Assembly (NCBI GenBank): GCA_010093815.1
Contig: ML996571.1
Origin: Pseudovirgaria hyperparasitica
Taxonomy: Eukaryota
Length of the DNA stretch: 64,000 bases
Strand: one strand, 5' to 3'
Shown here: positions 1 through 11,867 of the stretch, in pieces
How positions within the stretch are numbered: the stretch's first letter is position 1
How the letters are laid out: each line of letters opens with the position of its first letter
The notes under the pieces: generated by a model
What the model saw: only the letters and a program-made list of their open reading frames with translations
Told to the model about the DNA's origin: nothing
Database searches by the model: none
Made by a program: the position numbers and the translations under genes

Positions 1-1177
1 CAACCTGTATAATACTCGTGTTACGTATCCACCAGAGCAAGGAAGTAGTCGCCAGCCAATGATATAAGAAGACTTTCAGAGATACATCAGATAGTTCGCG
101 TCATTCACGAGTTCGAAAAGAGTACTTGGGATATAATAGTAGACTTGAACTTGGGCAAAAAGACGTATAATAAATAGAACTAATAATCATAATAAACATG
201 ATCATAACCAGAGACATAAACATAAACATAATCGTAAACATGATCAAAATCATAATCAGAATCGTAATCATAATCATAATTGATGGTGATGATTAAAGGC
301 TGCTGCCACGAATTACATAGGTACGACACGTGACCAAGCACGGACTCTAGGTAATGAATAATATGGACGTGGGAGTCCAATACGACGGAACTATTGCGGA
401 TGACATGGCAACTCTAATAATAATCACCCATCATCGATCTTCCACCGGATTAGACGGAATGCAGCGAAACCTAATAACCTGTTGCACTATTACTAGCTGA
501 TACCTTAGTCGGGACAAAGCCCCGCTTCTAAGCTGCCGCATCTGCTTCTATATAGGCCTCGCTCTCGCCCGCGATCGCCCTCGGGTGTTTGCCTCTCGCC
601 TCTCGCCGACAAGCCACTATAACTAATTAGAATACGTACTGCCCCAGTAGTCGCCAAATGTGGCCGTCTGCTGTTGCTGCTGCTGCTTACTTACGATGCG
701 TTAATCATGAAAAGAGATGACAGCGAGCGAGAGAGAGTCTTGAGCAAGGAAACGACAAGGACCTCGACTTTGCCTGTAACAGCTACTGTTCCTGCTGCGT
801 GAGATCCGATCCCTAGCTGGTCTGTCCTGTCGTGTCTTTTACTCTCCGCCAGCCTGTAAGAATAGTCCACACACACACTCCTCTCCATTTGGACGGCTTG
901 AATTGGTTCCGCTTACAAGAGCCGTTAGCATTGTCTTCCAAGTGCATCTGCTACTCACTTCCCATCAAAACTCTTCTCCACCGCGCGCCACCCTCTTCGC
1001 ATCTCTCTGACCTCCCACCGTACCCTCGACATTCCTCTATTCTCCCGGAGCACGACCTTCTCTATCGTAATGTTGCCCGACTGAATCAATCGCTGAATAC
1101 CGACATACTTCTTTCCTCGGCTGCCCGCAAGGCCGCTCTCGCGCCATCTCCATTCGCTACTATATACTACATACACT

Positions 1178-2894
1178 ATGTTGGCCTCACGACTTTTACG
1201 TTATTTCGCTGCGGCGACCGCCTCATTACATATTGGTCATGTCAATGCGATAGACATGGATCCCGATGACCACAGTACGTGTTCCACCCTACTCCGGTGC
1301 TTGGGCGTTGTTGCCTGAGGTTTCGGTACGATGGCTATGCACGTCACCATCAGAACCGTCGGAGCCGAAGTCTTGGCATGCCGCGACCGCGATCACAGCA
1401 TACAACCGCCTTCGCCATCTCGCGCGACCATGCATTGCTGACTGCTTGCAGATAGTGTCAAAGCTGCTGCGTCGACCGTTGCTCATGGTCTCATGAGCTA
1501 TTACCATGGAAATGAATCTGGTCAGCCTGTTGGTTGGCTGCCAAGTCCTTACTACTGGTGGCTCGCCGGTGCCATGTTTGGAGAGGTCTGTCTTTGCGAG
1601 TTGTGCGCTACTGGGAGGCTTCAATGCTGACTGTGCATAGATGGTAGAATACTGGTACTATACCGGTGATGACACATACAATGATTTGGTCATTAAAGGC
1701 CTGCAGGCGCAGGTTGGCGATAACCAAGATTATGAGCCGCTGAATGTCACGAAACAGCTGGTGCGTCGCCTCATTCTTGCACAGAGTCATAGGCTACCTA
1801 CTAATTCAGATCGCAGGGCAACGATGACCAAGACTTCTGGGCATACGCTGTGCTCAGCGCTGCCGAGCTCAAGTTCCCCGATCCACCCCAAGGCCAGCCT
1901 TCGTGGCTTGCGCTCGCTCAAGCCGTCTTCAACAGGCAAATTTCGCGATGGGACGCCCAGACCTGTGGCGGAGGTCTGAGATGGCAGGTCTTTTCCTTCA
2001 ACACGGGTTACAATTACAAGAACAGTGTGTCGAACGGCGGCTTTTTTCAGCTCGCAGCACGTCTATACAGATACACTGGAAATCAAACTTATTATGATTG
2101 GGCTGAAAAGATGTACGATTGGATGGAGTCTTCCCCTCTCTTGACAAAAGACTTTCATGTCTATGATGGCACAACTACAGACAACAACTGTACCGACGCA
2201 GATCGTCATGAATGGTAAGCTACGACATAAATGCTCTTTTTGCTCCGGCACTAACCTCCCCAGGTCCTACAATGTTGGCATGATGATCGCAGGTTCCGCT
2301 TTCATCTACAACCACACGCAAGATGAAAAGTGGCTGAATAGGCTGAACGGATTCATCGATGTTTCCGACATTTTCTTTCCCTATAATGGCGTGAACACCG
2401 GCGGTCCGGTCCTTGTCGAAGTCGCATGCGAGATCATATCAACATGTAACAATGACCAGCCATCATTCAAAGGCTACCTAGCCCGCTGGATGGCCCTTGC
2501 CGCTCAACTCGTGCCGCAAACAGCAGATCGAATCCTGCCAAAACTACACTCTTCGGCAATCGGCGCAGCAGCACAGTGCTCTGGTGGAACAGACGGCGTG
2601 ACATGTGGTCGCCTATACAATCAAACTCAATGGGATGGTAAATATGGTGTAGGCGAACAAATGAGCTCGCTGGCGGTCATTATGACACTCTTAATCGACA
2701 CGCAAGCACCCCCTGTCACGGCCAACACCGGTGGCACAAGTGTGGGTAACCCGGCCGCTGGTACGAAGAACAACGATCCGACGAATCCGTACGCGAACAT
2801 GCCCATCACCACCGGCGATCGGGCAGGTGCAGGCATCTTGACAGCTATTATGCTGGCCCTCACGGTCGGTGGTGCGGTCTTCATGGCCAGTTGA
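1178..2894 (+). CDS. DCW1: GPI-anchored GH76 mannan endo-1,6-alpha-mannosidase (DCW1/DFG5 family), 5 exons
   Basis: Spliced reading: signal-peptide-like MLASRLLRYFAAATASLHIGHVNA, intron 1275-1451, then PYYWWLAGAMFG, EYWYYTGDDTYN, catalytic GNDDQDFW, CGGGLRWQ, YKNSVSNGGFFQLAARLYRYTGN, and the C-terminal ITTGDRAGAGILT hydrophobic GPI tail. DCW1 and DFG5 paralogues cannot be told apart here. Confidence 0.93.
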
Positions 2895-3343
2895 AGGCCT
2901 TGCTACGACACATGTAAATGTAGAAAAGCTGGGATATTGGTATCTTTCAACGAAGTGCATGAGACGCCCGATCACGAGGCGTCATTAATTATTGGTTTTT
3001 TGGTATACCTTGGGGGTTTTGCGCGCATCCTGCGCAGATTCGACTGCATTGATTGCTAGCATTCAGTATACATATATATGTTGTACACATGTGCATCACG
3101 AGCATGGCTCTGTGGAACTGTATATATTTGAGATGACGAAATACGAAATATGAAACGATCTAACAGGGCCCATCGCTCCTTCTTTGGTTCACGTTGAATG
3201 GATGGCAGCGGCGACCCAAATCGATGACAGGCCGCGTTTCACTCCTCTCTTTTCCTCATCTCCCTACCTTCAATGGTACCTACTTGGACAACTGTCATCG
3301 ATTTCCTTTCGGCCTATTGAAAACGTGTTTCTAGAGGCCGACC

Positions 3344-4241
3344 CTATTCTGGCTGTGGCTGCGGCTGCACAACGCCCCAACGCTCCGCGAACGGGTCGTT
3401 ACTCGCATCAGTATTCCTCACATACTCCACTCCATCCGCAAGCTCCTGCGCCATGTCATCGCCATACATTGCCGCCACGAACGCATACGTCACGTCGATC
3501 CCGGCCGCAACGCCCGACGAGGACCATATCTTGCCGTCCGTCACCCAGCGCGCCTTTGCGACCCAGTGTACTGCCGGGCCTTGCGATGTTGCCTGTGGAA
3601 TTTTACTTGTTTGATGTGGTGTTGTCGGGTTTGCGGGGCAGTGGGATTGATGGACGGACATGGGCAAGGCAGGGGGTAGATACGGGAAGAGGAAGAGAAG
3701 GAAGAGAGAAAGAACGAAAGAAAGAAAGAGGAATACACACCCACGTCCAGGCCTTTTTGTTCGTCGTCGCGCGCCGTCCATTCAGCACGCCCGTCTTCGC
3801 TACCAACGCACTGCCCGTGCACACCGTGACCAGATACTGCAGCTGCGGAAACACATCCGCGACAAACTGCACTGCGGGCGCGATGTTGGCGGCGTCGCGC
3901 GTGCCGCTGCCGCCGGGCACGAGTAGTACTTCGATGTCTGAGGGTGCAGTGGCGAAGGTGTGCGTTGGCAGGATGGCTTCGCTGAATGCGGAGGCGTCGG
4001 AGGTGTTAGTGCTGACCGGGTCCATTGTGGCAGCGAGGAGGGATAGGGAGAGGGGATGGGTGCGGGAAAGGGTGTTGAGGATGTCGAGAGGTCCGAAGAC
4101 GTCCAGGGCTTGGAAGCCTGGGAAGAGGACGACGGCGTATTTGGTGGGTGGTGGTGTAGTGGATGTTGATGGCGATGCCATTGTTGTGGTCGGGAAGGGT
4201 AACATAGCGAGGAATATGCTGTTGAGAAGGGCGAGTCTCAT
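3344..4241 (-). CDS. DJ-1/PfpI family protein (isocyanide-hydratase-like) with predicted signal peptide, 2 exons
   Basis: VVLFPGFQALDVFGP, LLVPGGSG, nucleophile elbow VTVCTGS, GRRATTNKKAW; intron 3740-3593; exon 2 ARWVTDGKIWSSSGVAAGID. Hydrophobic N-terminus MRLALLNSIFLAMLP. Confidence 0.9.
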
Positions 4242-5919
4242 GGTATATGGTGAGAAGGAGTAAGGGAGAGTAGACTGGTAGTTTGTAAATCCGACAGCAG
4301 ACGGAGTATAATATCAGACAAAATGTCTTTGAAATGCCGGAAAGACGAGAATGTGGATATAGAGACACACGCAGACACACACACAAGATGCGCTGAACCG
4401 ATCCAGATATGATCAAGAAAAAGGCAAAACCAACAATCAACCAAAAACTCGGCGCTGACAGGCCCTACATACACACATATATACCTACGGATCCATCCGG
4501 AAACATATCGGTGAAGCTGATCAGCACCGCCGTAAGTAGAAAGATGGATGCTGCCATCCATTCAATGGGATCCATCCATCCATCCATCCCCGACGCGGGA
4601 ACCCCATCCATCAGATCCCATCATCCATCACACCTCCCTTCCTCACATTAAACTCGAAGGATCACACACACACACACATCCAACCAAGGTCGCCAGCTAA
4701 ATCCCAAACCGGCAACATTTCCAGCGCAAATGCTCTCACGAGCCGAGCACGGCATGGCATGGCATGGCACATGTTTGATGACTATCAATCAACCTTTTAT
4801 CTAATTAGTATGCATCCATGCATACATGAGATATATAACGTTCAATCCATGTAGAATCAACTCATGATCGTCGTCGGAATTGCACACACGTATCATACAC
4901 ACACAAACCCACATACACACACACACACACACCCCCAAAGCCGAAAGCACGTCATTCTGAATAAATAAATACCAAGCAAGCAGCACACACACTTGTCAAA
5001 ACACCATCTATCGTCGCCTCCCCTTTTCCTCATTACAGTATACTACTATACTACCACTGTACATGAGGACCATAGGTGGTGGTAGTAAGCAGAAGCAGTA
5101 AGCACACATTCATTTGCCCTTACAAATCAGCCCTGCTATCGACATTCATCATATCATACTCTAGAATTACAGATGGGTTTGACCTAATGAAGTTTTTTAT
5201 GTGTGGGGAAAGTATGTTCTTTTGGGCATGGAGAGAGGGAAGGAAGGAACCCAGGGAGAAATGGGCCTCTTTTGAGGTCATTGACGACACGACTAAATTA
5301 TGCGATGGTTAGCGCTGTTAGGCAAAGCAGTGCTTCTTAGATTCAAGGAGTGCATATGCACATCTCAGCAGGTCACTATGCGGTGCGACTGGCAAGTGAC
5401 AATAGACCATTCATTCTTAGGACGCCAGCATCCTTAATGCAATGAAATGTCGTGGATGGCGCAGTCTGGGCAAATGGTATTAAATCAGGGAACCTCGAAG
5501 ACAAATATAACACAACCGTCTTCTCGTCCCTGTCGCTGACAGTCCTCGTTTAATTACTATTTGCTACATGCTCTGATCAAAAGTAGGGTAATAGTATTGA
5601 AGGTGAAGTAAGACAAATGAAAAAGCGTTTGTAGGGGGTCCGAGATCGAGGTCTGGTAACAGCCGAGCCAGCGCCCGACCAACGAACGATTATCGATGGG
5701 TGTGTGGGAAGGTATAAGATGTTCTCGCGGTTTTGTCGTTCATTACAAAGGGATACCAGCTTCGTGAAACACCAGGCTCCAGCGCCTATCTCCAAATCTT
5801 CGACACCGATGACACTTCTGGATGCTGGCCAGAATGCCTAGAGACAAGGTGCTGATTCATAGAAGGCCTTCTTTCGCACACCCGGTATGTTCTTGTCCAC
5901 TTCGCGTTGACATCGAGTC

Positions 5920-7433
5920 TTAAGCTGGGGTCTCGCTGTCTACGGTGGTCGAATCTTGGTCGATAAATCCACTCTGCTCTCGATGCATGCGAGCTTCAAT
6001 CTCCTTTAGTTGACTCTCGCGCGCAAGAAGTTCCTGTCTCTTCTCATTGATCTCGCGCTGAACCTTAACCTCTATTTCACGGAGCTTCTCCTCCTCGCGG
6101 CGAAGCTGCTCTTCCTTCAGGCGAACCGATTGCGAAGCGAGATCTTCGGGGTTCATTGATGAGTCCCTACGTAGACAATTAGCATAGTAATGTGGGTTGC
6201 AACGGAACGTCAACTTACGCAGCAGCACCACCTTCGACGCTCTTGCTGAGTTTCTCGGTACGGTAATTCTCGTACAGGAAGTCGTGGGTAATCTCCTTGA
6301 GGTCGGCGAGATGGCTGTGAAGAAGTGCACTCCGGACAGCTAAAAAGTCAGAGTGCCTTGGATTGTCGACTTCGACGATGCCCCATGGGTACTGTCGCGC
6401 GCGGACCCGCTTCCCTCCAACCTCGACAATGTCTTCAGAGCCGACAATGGCAAATGGCATCAGTCCCCTGAGCTCTGCGTTTTCTTCGACGGTGTCCTCG
6501 TCATCCTCCTCGATGTCATAAGGGAAGTTGTACACCGGAATTCGGTAGTGCTCAATATCTTCCATAACAAGCTTCTTCGACTCGGCAAGCTCTGCCGGTG
6601 TCAGAGCGTCTGCTTTACCGATGACGGGGATGACGTTAACGCGTGGTGAAAGCCGCTTCATCAGCTCGATATCGAGTTCTCGGAGGCTGTATTGTGATCA
6701 GTAGGTCATCAAAACTGCAGTCTATACAAACGTACCCATGACCAGTAGGTGTGATGAAATACAGGAGTACGTGTACTCTGTTATCACGGAATCTTGGGTT
6801 ACGCTTGATTCTCGACTCTTCAGCGAGAATGTCATCATATTGGCGTTCGAGATAGCCGACGATTTCAGAAAAGCTGACATGTGTGAGTTTGATCCCATCA
6901 TTATGGTATTCAACATACCTGGCCTCATTGTCAATTTGATCACCGAATCCAGGTGTATCGACAATGGTGAGGGAGATGCGTGTGCCTTCTTCATCAAGCT
7001 CTAGTTCTGTGGAGATTCTTAGCGACTTCTTATGATGTCGGTTCCTCGTTCTGGATACGTACCAACAGTGATGGGCTTGATCTTGACGCCTTCCTCAATG
7101 TGTGCAGTGGTCGGGTCATCAGTGTCCTTGTGCTGAAGGACCTTCTTTCCGCAAAGCGTGTTCACGAAAGTGGTGCGGCCTACAGATCAATTAGTATTCG
7201 TAGCCCTGAGCGGATCGCAGACATGTCTGCGCTGGGGAATCACGAACCCGTGCCTGAAGCACCGCACACCATCAGACAGAACTGAATCCCCTTCTTGACA
7301 TTCTTCTTCCTGCGAATCTTGATCTGAATGAATGCATTGTTAGCACTGAGCTTTCATGACGATGAGATGGCGGCGCGCTGAGAAGTGAATGAAGGACCGA
7401 GCTCAGGAGAGCGGAGCGACTAACAGCATTCAT
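5920..7433 (-). CDS. CDC11: Septin Cdc11/AspA, 7 exons
   Basis: Spliced reading MNAIKIRRKKNVKKGIQFCLMVCGASGTGRTTFVNTL, with the Arg-for-Lys P-loop typical of Cdc11; also IVDTPGFGD, VIGKAD, RARQYPWG, YENYR and a C-terminal coiled coil. Confidence 0.95.
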
Positions 7434-8047
7434 TGTGACGGTATGAAGGAGACGATTCGATGTCAAGCGGTATTACTAGATGCAGCGACTCTGATCGAAT
7501 GCCTCGGGACTTAAACCGTGGCGAAATAGAATGGGGAGAAAGGGTGGTGGTATCGAGGTGTTGACAATCGGAGGTGAAGCCAAAAAGTTGTTCCTGCCTC
7601 CCTTCTGTCCCCATGGTCAAGGGGCTCGCTAAAGCACGACCCCCTTGCTGCCTTTCCCATCAAGGTCAAGCTTGCTTGCTCGGCCCAACTTTTATCCAGC
7701 TCAGGGTCTGGTCGTTCTTGCTAATTAGTTGAACCCACGCTTCATTACAAGCTGCGTGACATGCCCTCAGTCGCCAGTCTTCAACGGCACTCCACATGAT
7801 GCCACGACACAGTTTGTCTTGAACTTCGTTATCTTACATAGCCCTTCTAATGACAAACATCCAGTACAATAGGAATACAATACCTTCGAGCCCCGAACCT
7901 CCAATATGCCTGTGATGCTCCGCGCTGCCCGCCGTTACAATACTACCCTTGCGGACGTACAGCTACAACGTCCCTTCTATCTCTCGGCCTTCCCTTGATC
8001 TCGCCACATAACCTCCCGCAAGCTTTGCGTAGAACTCTCTATTCAAG

Positions 8048-9377
8048 ATGGACACTAGACGGGTCATAGACGAGTCCACAGGTCCAGTTGCACTATCAGT
8101 TGCATTTAATGCAAGTCGCAGCTATTTCTCAGTGGCTTTGGACACAGGCTTCCAAGGTCCGTCGAGAATGCTGTCTGCACTAGCGCAGACTCTAATGTTG
8201 CATAGTATACAAATCAGAGACATGCGAGCTGGACAAGACGCGAGGTGAGACTTGCTGAAGAAGGAGCGCCAGCGACGCAATATGCTGCTAACAGCACCGT
8301 GGTCAGATTTTGGTTCAGGCTTGGCTGCTGCTGAGATGCTGGGACAGTCGAGCATCTTAGCTCTCGTTGGTGGTGGAAGGCAGCCCAAATTCCCCCAGAA
8401 CAAGGTAGGATAGAGCTGTAGGTATCGACATTCAGTTCCCTGACTGTTTATAGGCTGTTATCTGGGATGATCTGAAAGAAAAGACACCAATCACTCTAGA
8501 ATTCCGAAGCCCCGTCCAACGCGTTCGGATATCGCGATCTCATCTCGTGGTAGTACTCTTGAATAGCGTTAATCTGTATAAGCTTGCGTCTCCTCCCCAG
8601 AAACTCGCAACGTTCGATACAGCAAACAACCCGTATGGCTTGTGCTGTCTCGGAGAGCAACTCATGGTGTTCCCGGGACGAACACCAGGTCAGATACAGC
8701 TCGTCAGACTCAGCAATAACCTAGTCAGCATCATTCCTGCGCATAGTTCTCAGCTGAGCGCATTAGATCTGAGTGCAGATGGTGAAATACTTGCGACTGC
8801 AAGTGAGCAAGGGACTCTGATTCGTGTCTGGGCAACAACGAGTTCCAGCAAATTGGCAGAGCTTCGACGTGGTGTAGAGCAAGCTGTGATCTTCTCCATA
8901 GCGATCTCTCCATCGAACACCATGCTTGCTGTAACATCGGACAAATCGACATTGCATATCTTTGATCTGCCTGGCGCAGCAAACTCTTCAAGTTCACGGC
9001 CGACCGAAAGCATGAGTGGTGGTGAGAGCGCTACAGATGTAGAAGGCCCAACAAAATCCAAGTGGGGTATGTTATCAAAGGTACCCTTCATGCCCAGAGT
9101 CTTCTCAGACAGCTACTCGTTTGCGAATGCGCGTTTTGAAATAGGAGACGAGCCGACAGCCCTTGCTGGAAGTTTACGTCTAGGAGGCTCGAATGCATCA
9201 CTACCAAGTCTTTCAGGTCGGCGGACGCCGAAGGGCGTCATTGGTTGGTTGAGTGAATCTGTGCTGGTCGTGATCGGCGCAGGCCAAGATGCACGATGGG
9301 AGAAATTTTTGGTAGGACCTGCTGCCGATGGTACGCGGGTGTGCTGGAGAGATGGGTGGAGACGATATCTCAAATGA
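8048..9377 (+). CDS. HSV2: PROPPIN WD40 phosphoinositide-binding protein (Hsv2/Atg18 family), 4 exons
   Basis: Exons give LALVGGGRQPKFPQNK, IIPAHSSQL, ATASEQGTLIRVW, the lipid-binding ELRRG motif and TSDKSTLHIFD. N- and C-termini (DGWRRYL) resemble Pezizomycotina Hsv2. Confidence 0.88.
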
Positions 9378-9596
9378 CTGCTCCTGCTAATCTGTAGTGT
9401 GGAGACCGCTTGTTGGTAATGCGAGGTGCGGCAGTATTACTTCAGTTACCTAGACTGTTGTTGCACACGCTTCTATGCTTCGAAATTCAATCTTTTCAGG
9501 TTTTGAAATGTACATATATTGTGTTCGAGATGCGAGACTGAGTATTACGTACTACGAAGTAACATTCAGGAATTGTATATACCAATAATTCATTCT

Positions 9597-9881
9597 CTAC
9601 TTCTTCTCGGTCTCCTCTCCCAGTGTCTTATTCACATTCCCTCCGATAGCCCCTTCTTTGGTAAAGTTCTTCCCAATCGCCCCTTTACTTGACAGCGGAC
9701 CCCCGATTCCCTCACCAAGCTGTCCGACCACACCATCCGCTACGTGTCCGATTAGCACCATATCCTGACTCCCCTGTCACTGTATCTGCAACTTACCCTC
9801 GAACTGCTTTCCAATGGCACCACCTGCATTGAACAGCGGCTTGCCTTGCGCGGCCGTGTCGTCCGTAATTTTGTCAGACAT
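9597..9881 (-). CDS. Small Gly-rich hypothetical protein (~75 aa) with internal GAIGKxF repeat, 2 exons
   Basis: MSDKITDDTAAQGKPLFNAGGAIGKQFE, intron 9796-9740 (GTAAGT...CTAAT...TAG), then ADGVVGQLGEGIGGPLSSKGAIGKNFTKEGAIGGNVNKTLGEETEKK-stop. Confidence 0.75.
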
Positions 9882-10113
9882 GGTGTTTGTATGCGGAGAT
9901 TGAATTGCTGCGGGTTCAGGCTTGCTGAAGCGGTTCTCGAGACTGTGGAGAAGTTCCATTGTGAATGCAAGAGTCTACTGGGGATGGCCGTTCAGAGCTG
10001 TGGAGAGGTGTAGAACAGTGATGTTTGGGTGTGGTTGTCACTAGTGCGTCATAGATTCTCGTCACAATGTATGACGTTGGGATATGGAAGTGCTTGGAGG
10101 GTAGGTAGTAGTG

Positions 10114-10583
10114 TTATTGTGCAAGTATGTATCGTGGATCATAAGAGTTGAGTATTTGCTCTAGACAAGACTCGAGTCTACATTTCGTATTAGACCTTTT
10201 CTTCTGTTGGGTTGGGAGGGCGTAGAAGTCCTCGGGGACGTCGAAGAGGCTGTATGCGTCTTTGGGGAATGTGTTTCCATCGAACTTGGTGCTTTCGAGG
10301 TCGTCGACCATAGCATTGGACCTGTGGTTATTTGTTACAGCCAATTTGTTCGATGATGATGATGATGGAAGATGATGATGGAAGATGATGATGGAAGATG
10401 TCCTTTCGCATCTCGGATATCCAGGTAGAAGAATCCAACTTCACAACATGCTTTCCATAATCTGTCCAGCTCCTGCTCCTCTCCATTACGGAGTTTCTCT
10501 AATGATAATCGCAACAGGGGTGCTGTTGGCACATCAGTTGGAAATGGTGGTAGACCGGGGAAGTCTAATGCATCCGAACTCAT
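10114..10583 (-). pseudogene. Frameshifted, truncated 2OG-Fe(II) dioxygenase (N-terminal DIOX_N-like part only)
   Basis: LPPFPTDVPTAPLLRLSLEKL...LWKACCEVGFFYLD is a typical fungal 2OG-Fe(II) oxygenase N-terminus. The frame breaks at a 13-bp triplication (10362-10400) and resumes as LFDVPEDFYALPTQQK; no HxD...H catalytic region follows. Confidence 0.75.
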
Positions 10584-11314
10584 GATATACTGGGTAAGGA
10601 GCTATCATGTATGAAAGCTTAGATCTGCTAGGAGCTTTGCCCGGACTCGCAGTGTTCAAGTAGTGAATCAGCATTTGCTCTCATGCTAATCATATATCAG
10701 TTTCATGTCAGCGTGATCAACCAGAAGGAATACTGGAAGCTTGACCCGGCACGGAACTATGTCATCTCGGCTGTGTTCCCTCGTTGTGTTGTAACTTTAG
10801 TGATGTGATGCACATGTCGGAGAATCATATATCACTACAATGTGCCTCTTGTTGCATGCTTCAAAGCTGTGATGATGCGCACAGCGAAAAATTCTTGAAC
10901 CCTTGTCGTGATGCTGGACCTGCTTCAATCGTTCTTGATGACATGGTAGGTATCGACTTCAGCGTTAGGCACAGCAGCAAAACTCCCCTTGCGTTGTCTC
11001 CAGGTCGAAGAGGACACTGGTGAAGATGAGGGTGCGAGTCCTCAATTGTTACTCGTCGCGTCCAACAAGCTTGAAGCAGAGAAGGATGTCGGAGATGGTC
11101 ATTGCTTGGTCCAGGCCTGGAGCGTGAAGCTGAAAGACCCCACGATGGTGATGCGAGGTGAATGATTGGTGCGGTCCCGCCTTCGCCGAGGGAACGACGC
11201 CTAGTACGAGAGATAGGGTGGTCGTGACTTATTATACGCAGTGTTCCGGCTAGAATTGTGGGGGGACCGACCAAGCTGTCACAGCCGCTGTCGCAGTGAA
11301 AAAGGGCGTCCCCC

Positions 11315-11565
11315 TGCCTGTCCTGCCTGTCGGAGCTGCCCCGCCCAACCCCCAGGGAGCCGCGGTTAAGATGGCCCTGACAGCCCATAATAGCCCCTAA
11401 TAGCCCATGATAGCCCCCCATGTCAATCAATCTGTCGGCAGCTCAAGCCCCCCAAGCTCTAGCGTTTGTGCTGCCCTTTTGCCTTATCAGGGGCAGGCAC
11501 TCAGGCATTTCTCAGGCACTCTCAGGGCGCAACATGGGCATACAGCTCCCCCCCAAAAGTTGCCT
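11315..11565. promoter_or_regulatory. Motif cluster upstream of the ceramide synthase (7x AGGCA/TGCCT, 3x ATAGCCC)
   Basis: TGCCT at 11315, 11324, 11480 and 11561; AGGCA at 11495, 11503 and 11514; ATAGCCC three times at ~11390-11417. Confidence 0.4.
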
Positions 11566-11867
11566 CCTTGCAGCCTGACGGCCCTGACCACCACTGACGA
11601 TCCCCACAGAAAAACACCTCCAACAGCTGCACTGCCAAAATAATCCTCGCCTTGCTTCTGGTCCCTATCTTCAACCCTCTCACCGCCCAGCTTCAATCTT
11701 GTTGTCTCCTTCGTTTCCCCTCCCCTCCGCATTGTCTGCTCCTCCTACCACCTCGCCATCGCCTCCTCGTCGCTCGTTATTGTGCCTTGCTCAATCACTC
11801 TCGCCCGCCAATGTCTAGTCGTTCCTGAGCTAGTTACCCCCCTAAAAGTGCTGCGATTTTTCTGGCC

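Noticed and set aside
1..500. TA-rich stretch with degenerate hexamer repeats (CATAAT/CATAAA) as a possible RIP-mutated transposon remnant
   Set aside because: No transposase or reverse transcriptase motif and no terminal repeat is recognisable; the YDYDYD ORF is a by-product of the repeat.
3184..4263. 359-aa plus-strand ORF
   Set aside because: Antisense shadow of the DJ-1/PfpI gene, with no motifs of its own.
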